DNA of 64,000 nucleotides from Pholidichthys leucotaenia (Eukaryota): NCBI GenBank assembly GCA_020510985.1, contig CM035838.1, positions 342,579,700 to 342,643,699 of the forward strand, read 5' to 3'. Shown piece by piece: positions 48,525 to 61,097 of this stretch (position 1 is its first letter; each line of letters starts with the position of its first letter). The notes under the pieces were generated by a model. It saw only the letters and a program-made list of their open reading frames with translations, ran no database searches and was not told where the DNA came from. The position numbers and the translations under genes were made by a program.

Positions 48525-51500
48525 GGGGCCTTGCGGACGCTAATCGGTTAACTCCCCTCACTCAATTGACGCTGCCCATTCGTTTCTGTCACAACTCCAC
48601 GGGGCACCTCACCCATGCACTGGTGGATTCAGGCGCAGAGGGAAGCTTTATTTCACAGAGCCTGGCAACCCGATTGGGCATCAGTTGCCATACCCTCAAG
48701 ACTCCTCTTGCCCTGGTAAATCTCTCCCGTGTTTCCCAAGGAAGAATAACACACCAGACCATCCCCGTCCCTGTTATTATATCTGGAAACCATTGGGAGG
48801 AGATCATCTTCTACGTCCTACCTAACGCCGTATCTCCCGTCATTCTCGGATACCCCTGGCTCCGCCTCCACAACCCTGTCCTGGACTGGAGGTCTGGCAG
48901 AGTGTCCGCCTGGAGCTCCTTCTGCATGAGCACCTGCCTCCAATCTGCAGCCTGCGCCCCGTCCTCACCTTCTACTCCCAAGGACGCCGCGCCTCTGGAT
49001 CTCACCCTGGTGCCATCGGAGTTTCACGACCTGGGTATGGTATTTAGCAAATCCAAGGCGATGTCTCTTCCCCCGCACAGGCCCTATGACTGCGCTATAA
49101 ACATCCGCCAGGGGGCACCCTTATCCTCGGGGCGACTCTACAGCCTGTCTGCGCCGGAGAAGGAGGCCATGAATTCATACCTGAAGGAATCGCTGAGTGC
49201 CGGAATCATCCGCCCCTCGTCATCTCCATTAGGCGCAGGGTTCTTCTTCGTGGGCAAGAAGGACGGCTCCCTCCATCCTTGTATTGACTACCGCGCCCTG
49301 AATGACATCACGGAGAAGGACCGATACACCTTGCCCCTGATGGACACCGCCTTCCACTCCCTCCAGGGGGCGACTTGGTTCACCAAGCTGGATCTTCGCA
49401 GCGCATACCACCTCGTCCGGATCCGGGAGGGAGATGAGTGGAAGACAGCCTTCCATACCCCGAACGGCCATTTCGAGTGCCTGGTTATGCCGTTCGGGTT
49501 GACCAACGCTCCAGTCGTCTTTCAGCGCCTTATAAATGACGTCCTACGGGATTTCATCGGTCTGTTTGTGTTCGTCTACCTGGATGATATCCTCATCTTC
49601 TCCAGATCCAGGGACAAGCACCGGGTCCATGTGAGGCGGGTCCTCCAGAGGCTGCTGGAGAACCGGTTGTATGTCAAGGCTGAGAAGTGCGAGTTTTACG
49701 CTAAAACAACGTCCTTCCTTGGGTTCGTCATCTCCCACGACCAGGTGCTTCCGGACCCAGCAAAGGTGAAGGCGGTGGTGGAATGGCCCACTCCCACGTC
49801 TAGAAGACAAGTACAACAGTTTATTGGGTTCGCCAATTTCTACCGCTGCTTTGTCCCGAACTTTGGTACCATCGTCGGTCCCCTGACCCGCCTCACGTCT
49901 CCTAAGGTCTCATTCCGGTGGACTGAAGAGGCCGCGGCTGCTTTCCAGGTGCTGAAGGCGGAGTTCTCCTCCTCCCGGGTCCTCAGCCAAGTCAATCCCT
50001 CGCTGCAATGCATTGTGGAGGTGGATGCTTCGGACACCGGGGTGGGGGCGGTGTTATCTCAGCGGTCACCAGACGACGGAATCAAATGGCCCTGCGCCTT
50101 CTTCTCTCGGCGCTTGTCCCCGGAGGAACGTAATTATGACGTGGGGGACAGAGAGCTCCTCGCCATCAAGCTCGCACTGCAGGAGTGGCGTCACTGGCTA
50201 GAGGGGGCGGCCCTGCCGTTCGTGGCTCTAACCGACCACAAGAACCTGGAATATTTAAGATCTGCCAAGCGTCTGAACGCCCGCCAGGGGCGTTGGTCCT
50301 TGTTCTTCGCCAGGTTCTGCTTTAACATCACCTTCAGGCCTGGCTCCAAGAACGGCCTGCCTGATGCCCTCTCTAGGCAATTTGCCCCTGAGGCGTCTGA
50401 GGACGCAGCCCATACCATCCTGCCCAGGTCGTGCATCGTGGGAGCTGTCACTTGGGACATTGAAAGTAAGATTCGGAAGGCGCAGGAATCGGAACCAGAC
50501 CCTGGCGGCGGACCGGAGGGGAGGCTTTTTGTGCCGTCCGCGGTCCGGGGGGAGGTCATCCACTGGCTGCACACATTGAAGCTCACCTGCCACCCTGGGT
50601 CCTCCCGGATGATTGACTTACTCCAACGGTCCTTCTGGTGGCCGGGCCTGCGGAAGGACGCTGCCCGCTACACCCGGGCCTGCCCCGTCTGCGCCACCAG
50701 CAAATCAGGTAATGCCCCTCCAGCGGGTTTGCTCAAGCCTCTGCCCGTCCCTGGCAGGCCCTGGTCGCATATCGCCCTGGATTTCGTCACCGGCCTCCCG
50801 GTCTCTAACACCTTCGACACTGTCCTGACCATTGTTGATCGCTTCTCCAAGGCTGGTCACTTCATCCCATTACAAGGGCTTCCATCTGCCTTGGAGACGG
50901 CGGATCTCCTTATCCAGCACGTGGTCAGGTTGCACGGGATCCCGGTGGACGTGGTCTCGGACCGGGGCCCCCAGTTTTCCTCAGAGGTTTGGAGGTCCTT
51001 CTGTAACGCCCTGGGAGCCAAGGTAAGCCTCTCCTCCGGCCATCACCCCCAAACCAACGGGCAGTGCGAGCGGACCAACCAGGAGCTGGAGGCTGCGCTC
51101 CGCTGCGTCACAACATCCAAGCCTGCGTCCTGGAACACCCATCTCGCCTGGGTTGAGTACGCCCATAACACCGCCCGCTCTTCTGCCACTGGGATGTCCC
51201 CATTTAAGGCGTCCCTAGGCTACGACCCCCCTCTGTTCCCTATGCAGGAGAGTGAGGTAACTGTCCCTTCAGTTCGGGCGCACCTCAGGTGGTGCCGCTC
51301 CATCTGGGCGTCGGCACGCAATGCGCTTTTACACACGGCGGAGCGCAACAAGACTACGGCGGACCGGCACAGAAGACCTGCCCCAGCCTACCAGGTGGGC
51401 CAACGTGTCTACGTGTCTACCTAGGACGTCGTTTTAAAGGGTGAGAGGAGGAAGTTGGCACAGCGTTTCATGGGCCCATACCCCATCACCAGGATTATCA

Positions 51501-51840
51501 ACCCGGTGGCTGTGCATGTGGCTATTCCCCCTCCCTCCGCATCCATCCCACCTTCCACGTTTCCAAGGTGAAGCTGGCAGTCTCCCACCCCCTTTGCCCT
51601 CCTCCTGCTGCGCAGCCCGCGCCCCGGATGATTGATGGTCATCCGGCCTGGTCAGTCTCTTCCATCCTGGACTCCCGGCGCCGGGGTTGCGGGTTACAGT
51701 ACTTGGTGGACTGGGAGGGCTATGGACCTGAACATAGGCAGTGGGTACCCTCATCGTTTGTGTTGGATCCATCTCTCATCACTGAGTTCCACCGAGCGCA
51801 CCCGGAAAAACCATCGCCAGGAGGCGCTGCTAGAGGGGGG
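48452..51840 (+). CDS. G pol: protease - RT - RNase H - integrase - chromodomain (TAG at 51422-51424, then a frameshift)
   Basis: [22 protein letters not shown], integrase HHCC plus DDE, chromodomain [27 protein letters not shown] corresponds to Gln in F. Confidence 0.85.
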
Positions 51841-52420
51841 AGTACTGTCACATCTCGCCGCTCATCAGCGGCGCCAGCTGCACGCACACCTGCGCCTCGT
51901 CAGCAGCGAGGGATTTAAGCCGCCTCGCCCTGGGCTTCGGCCTGAAGCTGTCTGTTCTCGTCGGCTATTCTTGCTGCAAGGAATCCCCTTCTCCAAGCAA
52001 GATTGCAAGTAAGCATCCTTACCTTCTTCTTCCAGTTATCCTCCCCTGTGCACAGGTGGATTTCCCGGCAGCGGACTACACTCCCCAGCCATCTCCTTCT
52101 CGCTGCTGCTTCAGGCGCTCTGGGTTGCTGTCTACCAGGCTACGTCCTTGCAACGCCAGTTCCCCGGCTTAACCAAGTAAGCTTGTAGCCATTATCTCAT
52201 CTCCTGTGTTGGTGTGGTGCCCGTCACCCTTCTCCCTCTGCTTCTCCCATAGGGTTGTCCGGCTGTACGGTTTCCTGTCCCCGTGCCTGACGCAGACGCC
52301 ACCACCGACACATTGCCATCTCACATACACGCACACACACACACTTGTTTGTTAATAAAGCTATTAAATCTACCCTGAGCCTGCGTGCGTGTCTCCTGAG
52401 CCGTGCATTATGTCAATATA

Positions 52421-54172
52421 TGGCTGCAGGGAGCCATCCTTCTTACCAACGAAGAAGAACCCCGCCCCCACCGCCGAAGAAGAGGGCCGGATGATGCCCG
52501 AGCTGAGAGACTCCTTGATGTAGGTATTCATCGCCTCCCGCTCCGGAGCTGAAAGGCTATAGAGGCGGCTCGATGGCAGCGGGGCACCAGCCCGGAGATT
52601 GATGGCACAGTCATAAGGGCGGTGGGGGGGAAGGGACAGCTCCTGCGATTTGCTAAATACCGCTCCCAGATCGTGGTATTCAGGCGGCACCTTGGACAGG
52701 TCGGGGGGTGGGGGTGCAAGGGGCCAGGGACACTGACAGAGAGCATGCTGCGGACTGCAAGCACGCACTGAGGCAGAAAGAGCTCCACGAGATGATACTC
52801 CCCATACGCCAATCAAAGGAGGGGTTGTGGAGCTGGAGCCAGGGGTAGCCCAGAATGACCGGTGAAGTTGAAGTGGGTAATACAAACAAGCGCAGGTCCT
52901 CCCGATGGTTGCCGGAAATGATGACTGACACCGGGGCAGTTTGTTGAGAAACCATCACCAGAGGGGCTTTGGACAGGGCAATGAGCCTTAGGGGAGACTG
53001 AAGTGGATGGCAGGGAAGCCCCATTCGGGTTGCCAGTTCCCCCGATATGAAGCTCTGCTCAGCCCCCGAGTCAATCAGCGCATGTGTGAGCAGTTCGGTC
53101 TGTTTGTAAATAAATCTAATTGGTAGGAGACACTTGGTGAGGGGATTAGATTGAGACGAGTCCGTGAGACCCCCTACTGCGACGCATGGACCCACTCTTT
53201 TGGCCGAACGGGACAAGACTCTACTTCATGCTCATCACTACCACAGTACATACACAATCCTAATTCCCTGCGGCGCTGCTTCTCGGCTAACGAGAGCTTG
53301 GACCGCCCCACCACCATAGCTTCCGGCCCGTCTAAAGACTCAGATGAAGGCAGGGCCAATTGAGGCGACTGAGGGGAGCGATGAAACTGGGCGCTCTAGT
53401 GACCGGAAGCTCTCCGCTCGGCTGCCCGCTCCCTCAGCCTATTATCCAAACTAATAATTAAGGAAATTAGCTCAGTGAGTTTCTCAGGCTTATCTAGGTG
53501 GGCCAGCTCATCCCGCAGGTTAGGGCTCAAGCTCCGAATGAATATGCTACACAGCGAGGCATCCTCCCACCCAACCTCTGCGGCCACCACCCGGAAATCG
53601 ACAGCATAGTCCGCCACGAACCTGTCCCCCTGTTGAAGATTTAACAGCCAAGTGGTGAGTACGTTATCTCGGTCAGAATGATCGAATACCTCGTGGAAAT
53701 CTGAAACGAACTGCCGGTAGGTTAAATTAGCATAGCTTGGCTTAGCCATCACGGCGTATGCCCAAGCTAGCGCCTGGTCCTCCAATAGGTTAGCTACGTA
53801 GCCTATGCGACTATGCTCAGTGAGAAAATCCTCCGGAACCCGCTGGAAGACTGTTTCACACTGGAGTATGAACCCACGGGCCTCCCCGAGCTTACCGCTG
53901 AAGCGAGCGGGCGTGGGAACCAGTGTGAGCCGGGCCAAGGGGACCTGACTAGCCTGGCTAGGAGGGGAGATAATGGGAGCCGGTATACTCCCGGTGACCG
54001 GAGGAAACGCCTGTTGCCCATCCAGACAATCCAACCGGTTGTTAATCTGAGCTAGCTGGTTGAGGATTACCTGCTGCTGGTAAGCTATTTGATCCACCCG
54101 AGCTTCTAAGTTGTTAATCTGGCATGCTAGCACGCTGTTTGCTGGGTCGCTCTGACGGAGCCATACTGACAT
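52421..54172 (-). CDS. F gag - protease - RT N-terminus
   Basis: gag 53396-54172 with [14 protein letters not shown] knuckle (53174-53359). Protease [19 protein letters not shown]-terminus ...[17 protein letters not shown] continues at 46956 as DFRALNDIT across G. Confidence 0.75.
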
Positions 54173-54827
54173 ATAGTATCAGACCCAGGGAACACACACA
54201 CAGGCTCGAGTGAATACAACAATCTTTATTTGTTTCAAGTGAGTGTGTGAGTGCATGTATGTGTTGTATGTGCAGAGTATGAGGTGGTAACAGATAGTGA
54301 TGATGTCGTGACCGGGGAAGAGCAGAACGCCGTTCAGCCTGGCAATCCTATAATAAGACAAAGCACAGATGTTAGCACAGTCCACCAATAAAGGAGCATG
54401 GTAATGACTGGGGCTTACTTTGCAGATGGAAGTTGGATGCTCAGGTTGGCCCAGGGGTTGCAGCCAGGGAGACAGCGTTCTCGGCCCACACCGGGGACGG
54501 GCAGGTGGCCCTGCTGGAGCAATGGAGGCTCGTACTGCCGCCAAGAGGAGGAGATTCCACCGCCGGGGGAATCCACCTGTACACAGGGGAAGATGACTAA
54601 AAAGGTGAGTGGGAATCAGGCTTACTTGAAGCGAAGAGACGAATCGGGTCAGGGATGAAGAGGCCAGGAAGTTGGCTGTTGACGAGAGACGTAATTCTGC
54701 TGGCAGGACGACAGACGGCTCCATGCCAGATCTCAGGCAGAGCAGGTTATAAAGCCCGTGGGAGATTGGGAGCATGTGTGCGTGCAGCTGTAGCAGATAA
54801 TGGCCCAGAGGGAGCCATGACAAGCAC

Positions 54828-55745
54828 CACGTCCATCATTCTTTGGAAGGTTTGCGCAGCGGCCTTTAACCCAAACGGCATGCATAAAAACTCGAAAAGG
54901 CCAAAAGGAATTATTTCTGCTGTTTTGGGAACGTCCTCCACGCACACCAGACTTGGTGGTAATCGTGGTCCAGATCCACTTTCAAAAAAACACACGTCCC
55001 GGCCAGGTGCACGGTAAAATCCTGGATGTGCGGGATGGGATACTGATCGTGTTCCGTGGCATTGTTCAAGCGCCGGAAATCGCCGCACGGTCGCCACGAC
55101 CCATCGGCCTTAGGCACCATGTGTAGAGGGGATGCCTACGGGCTGTTGGAGCACCTAACGATGCCCAGCTGCTCTAAGTTGGTAAACTCCTCACGCGCAC
55201 TGGCTAGTTTAACCTCATCCAGGCGCCGAGGTCACGCAAACACCGGCGGGCCTTTTGTGGTTATGAAATGTTCAACCCCGTGTTTGGTTACCGTAGCAGA
55301 AAAAGTCAGAACCGTAAGTGCTGGGAACTGTGAAAGTAAATGCTGGTACTTACCCCCTGGAGCTATAACATTAGCCTGTGTTGTTGGCCCAACTCCCCGA
55401 GCTGTGCAGGGCAAGGAGGAAAAAGAGACAGCATTCACTAAACATCTGTTGGAAACATAAACTAACAACCCATAAGTGATAGAAACAAAGCATCCCATTC
55501 CTGCATCTCTTGGCATCCATCCCAGCCACCACCAATGGCTCCTCAACTTCGCTGGAGTCCTTCCCGGATGCCGGTGCATTTGTGTGCACACAGAGTTCTG
55601 GTCGCTAGGATGATGCAGTCCGCTTCCTGCGCCAGAGCGTGGTCACTCTCTGTTACCAGCAGCGGTGAGTTGGCCAGGATCACCCTAGCTGTAGCAGGTA
55701 GGTTCCTTGTTAAATGCATTTTATTGAAAACCTGATATTGTATAT
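54828..55745 (-). CDS. D/E 5' portion: RT N-terminus, protease/RT junction, gag C-terminus (fragments)
   Basis: [55 protein letters not shown], gag NLPATARVILANSPLLV. Confidence 0.65.
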
Positions 55746-56090
55746 ACATTACATAATAAAGCACATCTTGTTTTTTTCCATTGTTTAAAAAAAATACACC
55801 AAACACAAAAAAGGCTCTTAGCACCCCCACCCCCCACCCCACTCATTCCACTAATAAAACATAATGTATGACAGCTGTTGTGATGGACAATAATAAGGTA
55901 AACAGGAGAAACAGTCCTTTAGTCACATTGCATAGACAGTACAAAAGATTAATGAATTAAGAATTGTTTTTTTAGGTAATAGTCAAGGAGTGACCAGATC
56001 TTATCAAATTGTGACTATGTTTTAAGAAGAATCTAATTTTTTTCAAAATGGAGTGTTTCAGCTAATGCCTTCAGCCAAGGCTTAAAGGTA
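55746..56090 (-). mobile_element. L1/Tx1-like LINE fragment: ORF2 C-terminal end + 3'UTR (continues at 59340 across element H)
   Basis: Joining across H and its TSD gives ...LILMSWKKKEAPTFKPWLKALAETLHFEKN*. Confidence 0.6.
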
Positions 56091-56094
56091 GGAG

Positions 56095-59000
56095 TGTGGA
56101 GGCATGGGTGGGGGATGCTCCACCCAGAGAAGGCAACTGGGATCAGGAGGAACAATGGACTGGAGGAGGAAGTGCCACCGGGGGTCTCAAACGGGACAGT
56201 ATGGACTATGCACCCCCCGGGGAAAAGATGAACCGCCGGAGCCGCTGGAAGAGAGAAGGGTGTGAGCAGCGGGGCCGGCGTTATGTTATGTTAATATGCC
56301 ACACACGTCTTTGTTCCAAACAGTGTATTATGGTTGGAAGTTCCGTGTCTCAATGCGTGGAATTAAAGGTATAAAAGAGGAATGCACAGAGACCCAGGAG
56401 CTCTTTTACTGTACAATATGTTGGAGAAGGAATAAAGTTCATGTGTCGTCCAGCTCATTGCCTCACCTGTTTCCTTTCTCCACATTGGTGACCCTAAGAC
56501 GTGCCATAGAAAGCGAGCCGAGCACCGCCCCAGAGACTACCTGGAGGGAGAGCTCCTCCAGCATCACGTGCACTGTCTCAGTCAAGCTCCCAGACTTCTG
56601 GCTTCACAACCCGACCACGTGGTTTTTGCACATAGAAGCCCAGTTCTCACTCCGTGGGATAACAACGGACGATACCAAGTATTACTACGTGGTCACTGTG
56701 CTGGATGCAGGCGCCACGCAACAGGTGACGAGCCTGCTCCAGGAGCCGTCGGCCCAAGGAAAATATGAAGCGCTCAAAAGGATGCTTCTCCAGCGCTATA
56801 CCCTTTCTGACAGTGAGAGGACAGAAAGACTCCTAAAGCGTTCGGAGTTAGGTGACAGATCAGCAGTGGAGCTCATGTAGAGCATGTTGGTGCTGAGGGG
56901 CAAGGACAATGAATCTTTCCTGTTCGGCCACTTGTTCCTCAGGAACCTACCGGCTACAGCCAGGGCGATCCTGGCCAACTCGCCGTGGCTGGTTGCTAAG
57001 GACTACCGCGCCCTGGCACAGGAAGCGAACCGCATCATTTTGGCAACCAGAACTCTCAGCGTGCAAGCAGTGGCACCAGCATTCATGAGGGACTCCAGCA
57101 AGGTTGAGGAGCCATTGGTGGCAGCCGGGACGGACACCAGGAGACGAAGGAACAGGGCGATCTGTTTTTATCATCGCCATTTCGGCTTGAAAGTCCAACA
57201 CTGCCTGTCGCCATTCCAATTCAAGAAGCCGGGAAGAAGGCACATTCAGAATTCAGTTGCAGCTGCAACCGATGGCAACAGGAACAGACTGCTTTATGTC
57301 ACGGACACACGTTTGGGGAGAGTGTTTTTGGTGGACTCCGGCTCCCAGAAGAGCCTCATCCTGCCAGTGAATGCAGACAGGGTGGCAAGATGCAGCGGTC
57401 CCAAGCTCATGGCCGTCAATGGATCCACCATCAGGACATTTGGTGAGTGGACACTGACAACATGCTTACACGGATGCAACTTTCAGTGGGACTTTGTGGT
57501 AGCTGCATGTTCTGCCCCCATTTTAGGCTCAGATTTTTTATGTGCTTATGGGTTGTTAGTCGATGTTGCTAATAGGAGATTAGTGGATGCTGTCCGTTTT
57601 ACCTCACTGCCCTGTACAGCTCGGGGAGCTGGGTCAACAACACTGGCTAACGTTATAGCTCCAGGGGGTAAGTACCAACATTTGCTCACATAGTTCCCAG
57701 CAGTCACAGTTCCAACTTTTTCGGCTACGATAACGAAACACGGGGTCGAACACTTCATAACGACAAAAGGCCTGCCGGTGTTCACGCGACCTTGGCGCTT
57801 GGACACAGCTAAACTGGCCAGCATGCGAGAGGAGTTTGCCAATGTAGAGAAGTTGGGCATCGTCAGGCGCTTCAACAGCCCATGGGCATCTCTGCTACAC
57901 ATGGTGCCTAAAGCCGACGGGTCATGGCGACCGTGCGGCAATTTCCGGCGCTTGAATAATGCCAAAGAATGCGATCGTTATCCCATTCCGCGCATCCAGG
58001 ACTTTTCCGTGCACCTGGCTGGGGCGCGTGTTTTTTCAAAAGTGGATCTGGTCTGCGGATACCATCAGGTCCCGGTGCACTCGGAAGACGTTCCAAAAAC
58101 AGCGGTAATAATTCCTTTCGGCCTTTTCGAGTTTTTCACGCATGCCGTTTGGTTTAAAAGGTGCGGCGCAGACTTGTATGGCCCAGAGCCTGAGGGTCAA
58201 AATTCACTGTACTACTGCATACAACCCCCAGGCTAACGGGTTATGCGAGTGTTTTCATAGGTCGCTTAAAGCAGCGCTCAGAGTTTCGCTCACAGACACA
58301 AATTGGGTTGACCGCCTGCCCTGGGTTCTTTTAGGGTTGTGCTTCGCACCTAAGGAGGATTTGACAGCCTCCCTGGCAGAACTTGTTTTTTTCTCAGCCA
58401 CTGTGGATCCCCAGAGAGTTTTTACCGGAAAACCCCACACCCGAGACTGATCCGCCCATGCAATTTTTGACAGTACGGAGGCTTTTAACGTACCGGGCCC
58501 AGCCCACCATTGTTTTCCCCACACTTTCGTCCCAAAGAGTTTATAGAACGCCAGCTTTGTTTTCATCAGGCACAATGCACACAGGACCCTGCTGCACCCA
58601 CCGTACGACAGACCGTTCAGGGTGTTGGAACCTGGGGTGAAACGTTTTGTATTAGACTTGGGGGGGCATAGGGAGACCGTCTGCATCAACAGGCTGAAGC
58701 CCGCTTTTGTGTTGGCAGACGAGCAGGTGGTTTTGGCCCAAGTTCCCTGACACGGACGTCCACCGTTGGTGGCTCCGCAAGTTGGTGTTACCTCAGTAGG
58801 GACCTGCACGCACAAAGCTGATGTGTCCCCCCCCTCTCTTTTTCCCTCCACAGACTGACGTGCCCTCCTGTACACCTCGCCAACAGGGTGCTCCGACTGG
58901 ATCGGCGGCCCCACGCTACAGCCGCTATGGGTGCCGGCTCAAGCCCAAGGGACGGTGGGGTTAGTGCCCTTTCTGGGTGTTCGGGGGGGGGGGGGGGTCG

Positions 59001-59335
59001 CTGTGTGGAGGCACAAGTCGGAGATTCTCCACCCAGAGAAGGCAGCTGGGATAAGGGGGAACAGTGGACCAGAGGAGGAAGTGCCACCGGTGGGTCTCAA
59101 ACGGGACAGTATGGACTATGCACCCCCTAGGGAGATGCTATGTTAATATGCCACACAGGTCTTTGTCCAAACAGTGTTTTATGGTCGTAAGTTCCGGGTC
59201 TCAGTGCATGGAATTAAAGATATAAAAGAGGAATCCACAGAGATCCGGGAGCTCTTTTACTGTACAATATGTTGGAGAAGGAATGAAGTTCATGTGTCGT
59301 CCATCTCATTGCCTCGCCTGTTGCCTTTCTCCACA
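56095..59335 (+). mobile_element. Element H: internally deleted family-X derivative with both LTRs; inserted in the L1-like LINE fragment
   Basis: LTRs at 56095-56484 (390 bp) and 59004-59335 (332 bp, 58-bp indel), TGTGGAGG...TCTCCACA. PBS TGGTGACCCTAAGACGTG at 56486. Poly-G PPT at 58984-58997. TSD GGAG (56091-56094, 59336-59339). Confidence 0.8.
56500..58450 (+). CDS. H gag - protease - RT N-terminus fused directly to the integrase C-terminus (stops present)
   Basis: [52 protein letters not shown], then [11 protein letters not shown] joins [14 protein letters not shown]. The region from the RT catalytic core through the integrase core is missing. Confidence 0.65.
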
Positions 59336-59339
59336 GGAG

Positions 59340-60006
59340 CTTCCTTCTTTTTCCAGGACATCAGAATCAATTTTTTGGCTGCAATCAAACTATAGGAGAG
59401 GAGTTGGTATTGTGTTTTCTGTAACATAGGTGTATTATCAGATACTCCAAGTATAATTAAGATGGGGTCTGGTTCAGTTTTAATCTGGAGAATTTTTGAT
59501 AAGGCGTCAAAAATTTTTGGCCAATATTTTGTTAGCTTGGGGCAAAAAACAAAGGAGTGAGCGAAATTCGTCTCTGTTCCAGAGCATTTATCACATTGTG
59601 AAGAGGCGTCTGGAAAAATTTTGTGGAGCTTGTATTTAGAATAGTGTAGTCTGTGAAGGACACAAAACTGAATCAAACAATGCCTAGCATTTAAAGAACA
59701 GATACCAATGTCTTCAAGACTCTTATCCCAGAGTCCATCAGCAATTTGTGTCTCCAGCTCATTTTCCCAATCATTTTTGATTTCGGACATTGAGGGAGGG
59801 TTGATAGTTTGTAATGTGTCATAAAAAAGTGATACTTTTCGATCAGAGCCAGTGTTTTGAAGAAGGCAATTGTCTAGAACTGTAGGTGATGCACTTTCAG
59901 AAGAAGGTATGTGGGTACGCACATAAGTTCTGATTTGTAGAAACCTAAAAAAAAATACTTCTGGGTAATTCATACATTTCTTGTAGCAGTTCAAATAAGG
60001 CTAAGG
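59340..60006 (-). mobile_element. L1/Tx1-like LINE fragment: ORF2 C-terminal Cys-rich domain; 5'-truncated at J's LTR
   Basis: ORF 59290-59994(-) has CDKCSGTETNFAHSFVFCPKLTKYW, the L1-type C-terminal zinc-knuckle-like motif. The last 15 codons of the track ORF are read-through into H's LTR. Confidence 0.65.
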
Positions 60007-60344
60007 TGTGGTGGACACACATACGGGACCTGTTTTATGACTCACATTTTAGGTCAGAACAAAGTAAGAGGCTTCCTTGGTGATGACAGGAAGCTGCAAG
60101 AATCTTAGCTTTGGTATGCAAGGCCTGAGACTGTGGGGGGTTTAATTAAAGGATTAAAGAGAGGACGCATGGTTACTGTCTTTAAAATGCAAGGTGATTC
60201 ATGTGACGTGTGAACTGTAAGAGTCCTGATATTTAAGGACGAGAGTTTCCTGTGTGGCTCTCTTACTGCTTTGAGACGATGGTGACGTGAATAAACCTGA
60301 CTTGAGAGAGAACTCTGCCTCATCATTCTCACATCTCCACACTG

Positions 60345-61097
60345 GTGACCCGAGACGTATCATGCAAGAGGAGAATTCCCCCGGGCCAAGCGAATGCCGC
60401 TACAGTCCAGCTACCGGACTTCTGGCAGAACAATCCGCGCTCCTGGTTCAACGCGGCTGAGGCGCAGTTCAACCTCTGGGGAATATCGGTAGACGCCACA
60501 AAATTTTACCACATAGTCGCAAAGCTGGACAACAACACGGCCCAGCATGTGGAGAGCCTGATCGACCAGCCACCGGACAGCGACAAATACGGCACGTTGA
60601 AGGCTGCACTCATCCAGCAATTCACCCCCTCGGCGGAGGAGCGAGCAGAGAGACTCCTGGCGCTGACGGAGTCGGAAAATGACATGCCCGCGAACCTGAT
60701 GGAGAAGTTGTTGAGATTGAAAGACTCTGACGACGATCACTTCATTTTCACCCACCTCTTCCTCAGGACTCTACCGTCAGCAGCGAGAGCGACCCTGGCC
60801 AGTTCGCCACTGTTGGCCCTACGGGACTACTGTGCACTGGGCCGAGAAGCGCAGCGGATTGTCAACGCCACCAAGCGGCGCGCAGCCACGGCCGCTGCAG
60901 CGGAACTCGGCGCGACGACCGGAGACAACAGGAGGCCAGAGGCAGCGGTGCCAGACTCACCGACGGCGGCAGGGGCCAGGGAACGCGGATCGGACGTCCT
61001 TTGTTTCTACCATCGCCGTTTCGCAGAGAGGGCACACAAGTGTGTACCACCGTGCCAGTTCGGGCGTTTGGGAAACGCCAAGACCAGGGGTCGGTAG
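60345..61097 (+). CDS. J gag (no internal stop; the only ATG is out of frame with the LPDFWQ frame)
   Basis: [21 protein letters not shown] and [14 protein letters not shown]. The track ORF start uses GTG. Confidence 0.7.
   Translation: MTRDVSCKRRIPPGQANAATVQLPDFWQNNPRSWFNAAEAQFNLWGISVDATKFYHIVAKLDNNTAQHVESLIDQPPDSDKYGTLKAALIQQFTPSAEERAERLLALTESENDMPANLMEKLLRLKDSDDDHFIFTHLFLRTLPSAARATLASSPLLALRDYCALGREAQRIVNATKRRAATAAAAELGATTGDNRRPEAAVPDSPTAAGARERGSDVLCFYHRRFAERAHKCVPPCQFGRLGNAKTRGR

Larger units (their letters stand above)
46962..52415 (+). mobile_element. Element G: structurally complete young chromovirus (5,454 bp) nested in F's RT
   Basis: 570-bp LTRs at 46962-47531 and 51846-52415, about 98% identical. 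PPT AGAGGGGGGAG at 51834-51844. Perfect 5-bp TSD ATATA (46957-46961, 52416-52420). Removal restores F's [13 protein letters not shown]. Confidence 0.9.
43743..54822 (-). mobile_element. Element F: full-length chromovirus (both LTRs) inserted in D/E's RT; hosts element G
   Basis: LTRs at 43743-44396 and 54169-54822 (654 bp, TGTCATGG...TATGTCA in element orientation). Poly-G PPT at 44404-44418. TSD AGCAC (43738-43742, 54823-54827). Removing F restores D/E's MMDVVLRDL. Confidence 0.8.
39133..55745 (-). mobile_element. Element D/E: family-X LTR retrotransposon (3' LTR + PBS-like remnant, IN, RNase H, RT, PR, gag; 5'-truncated) hosting a Tc1, a solo LTR and nested elements F and G
   Basis: pol pieces at 41442-43772(-) and 54747-55591(-) join across F: ...FQRMMDVVL | [12 protein letters not shown]. 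gag C-terminus at 55543-55842. PPT GGGGGCGGCGGGGGGGGG at 41399-41420, adjacent to the LTR start TGTGTGGTGGACAC. Confidence 0.7.

Noticed and set aside
59290-59339. C-terminal end of the 234-aa minus ORF 59290-59994
   Set aside because: It reads into element H's 3' LTR and TSD. The true LINE ORF continues at 56090 on the other side of H.
60345-60360. Track ORF start MTRDV for J gag
   Set aside because: The apparent Met is a GTG codon lying in the PBS. It is not a credible eukaryotic initiation site.
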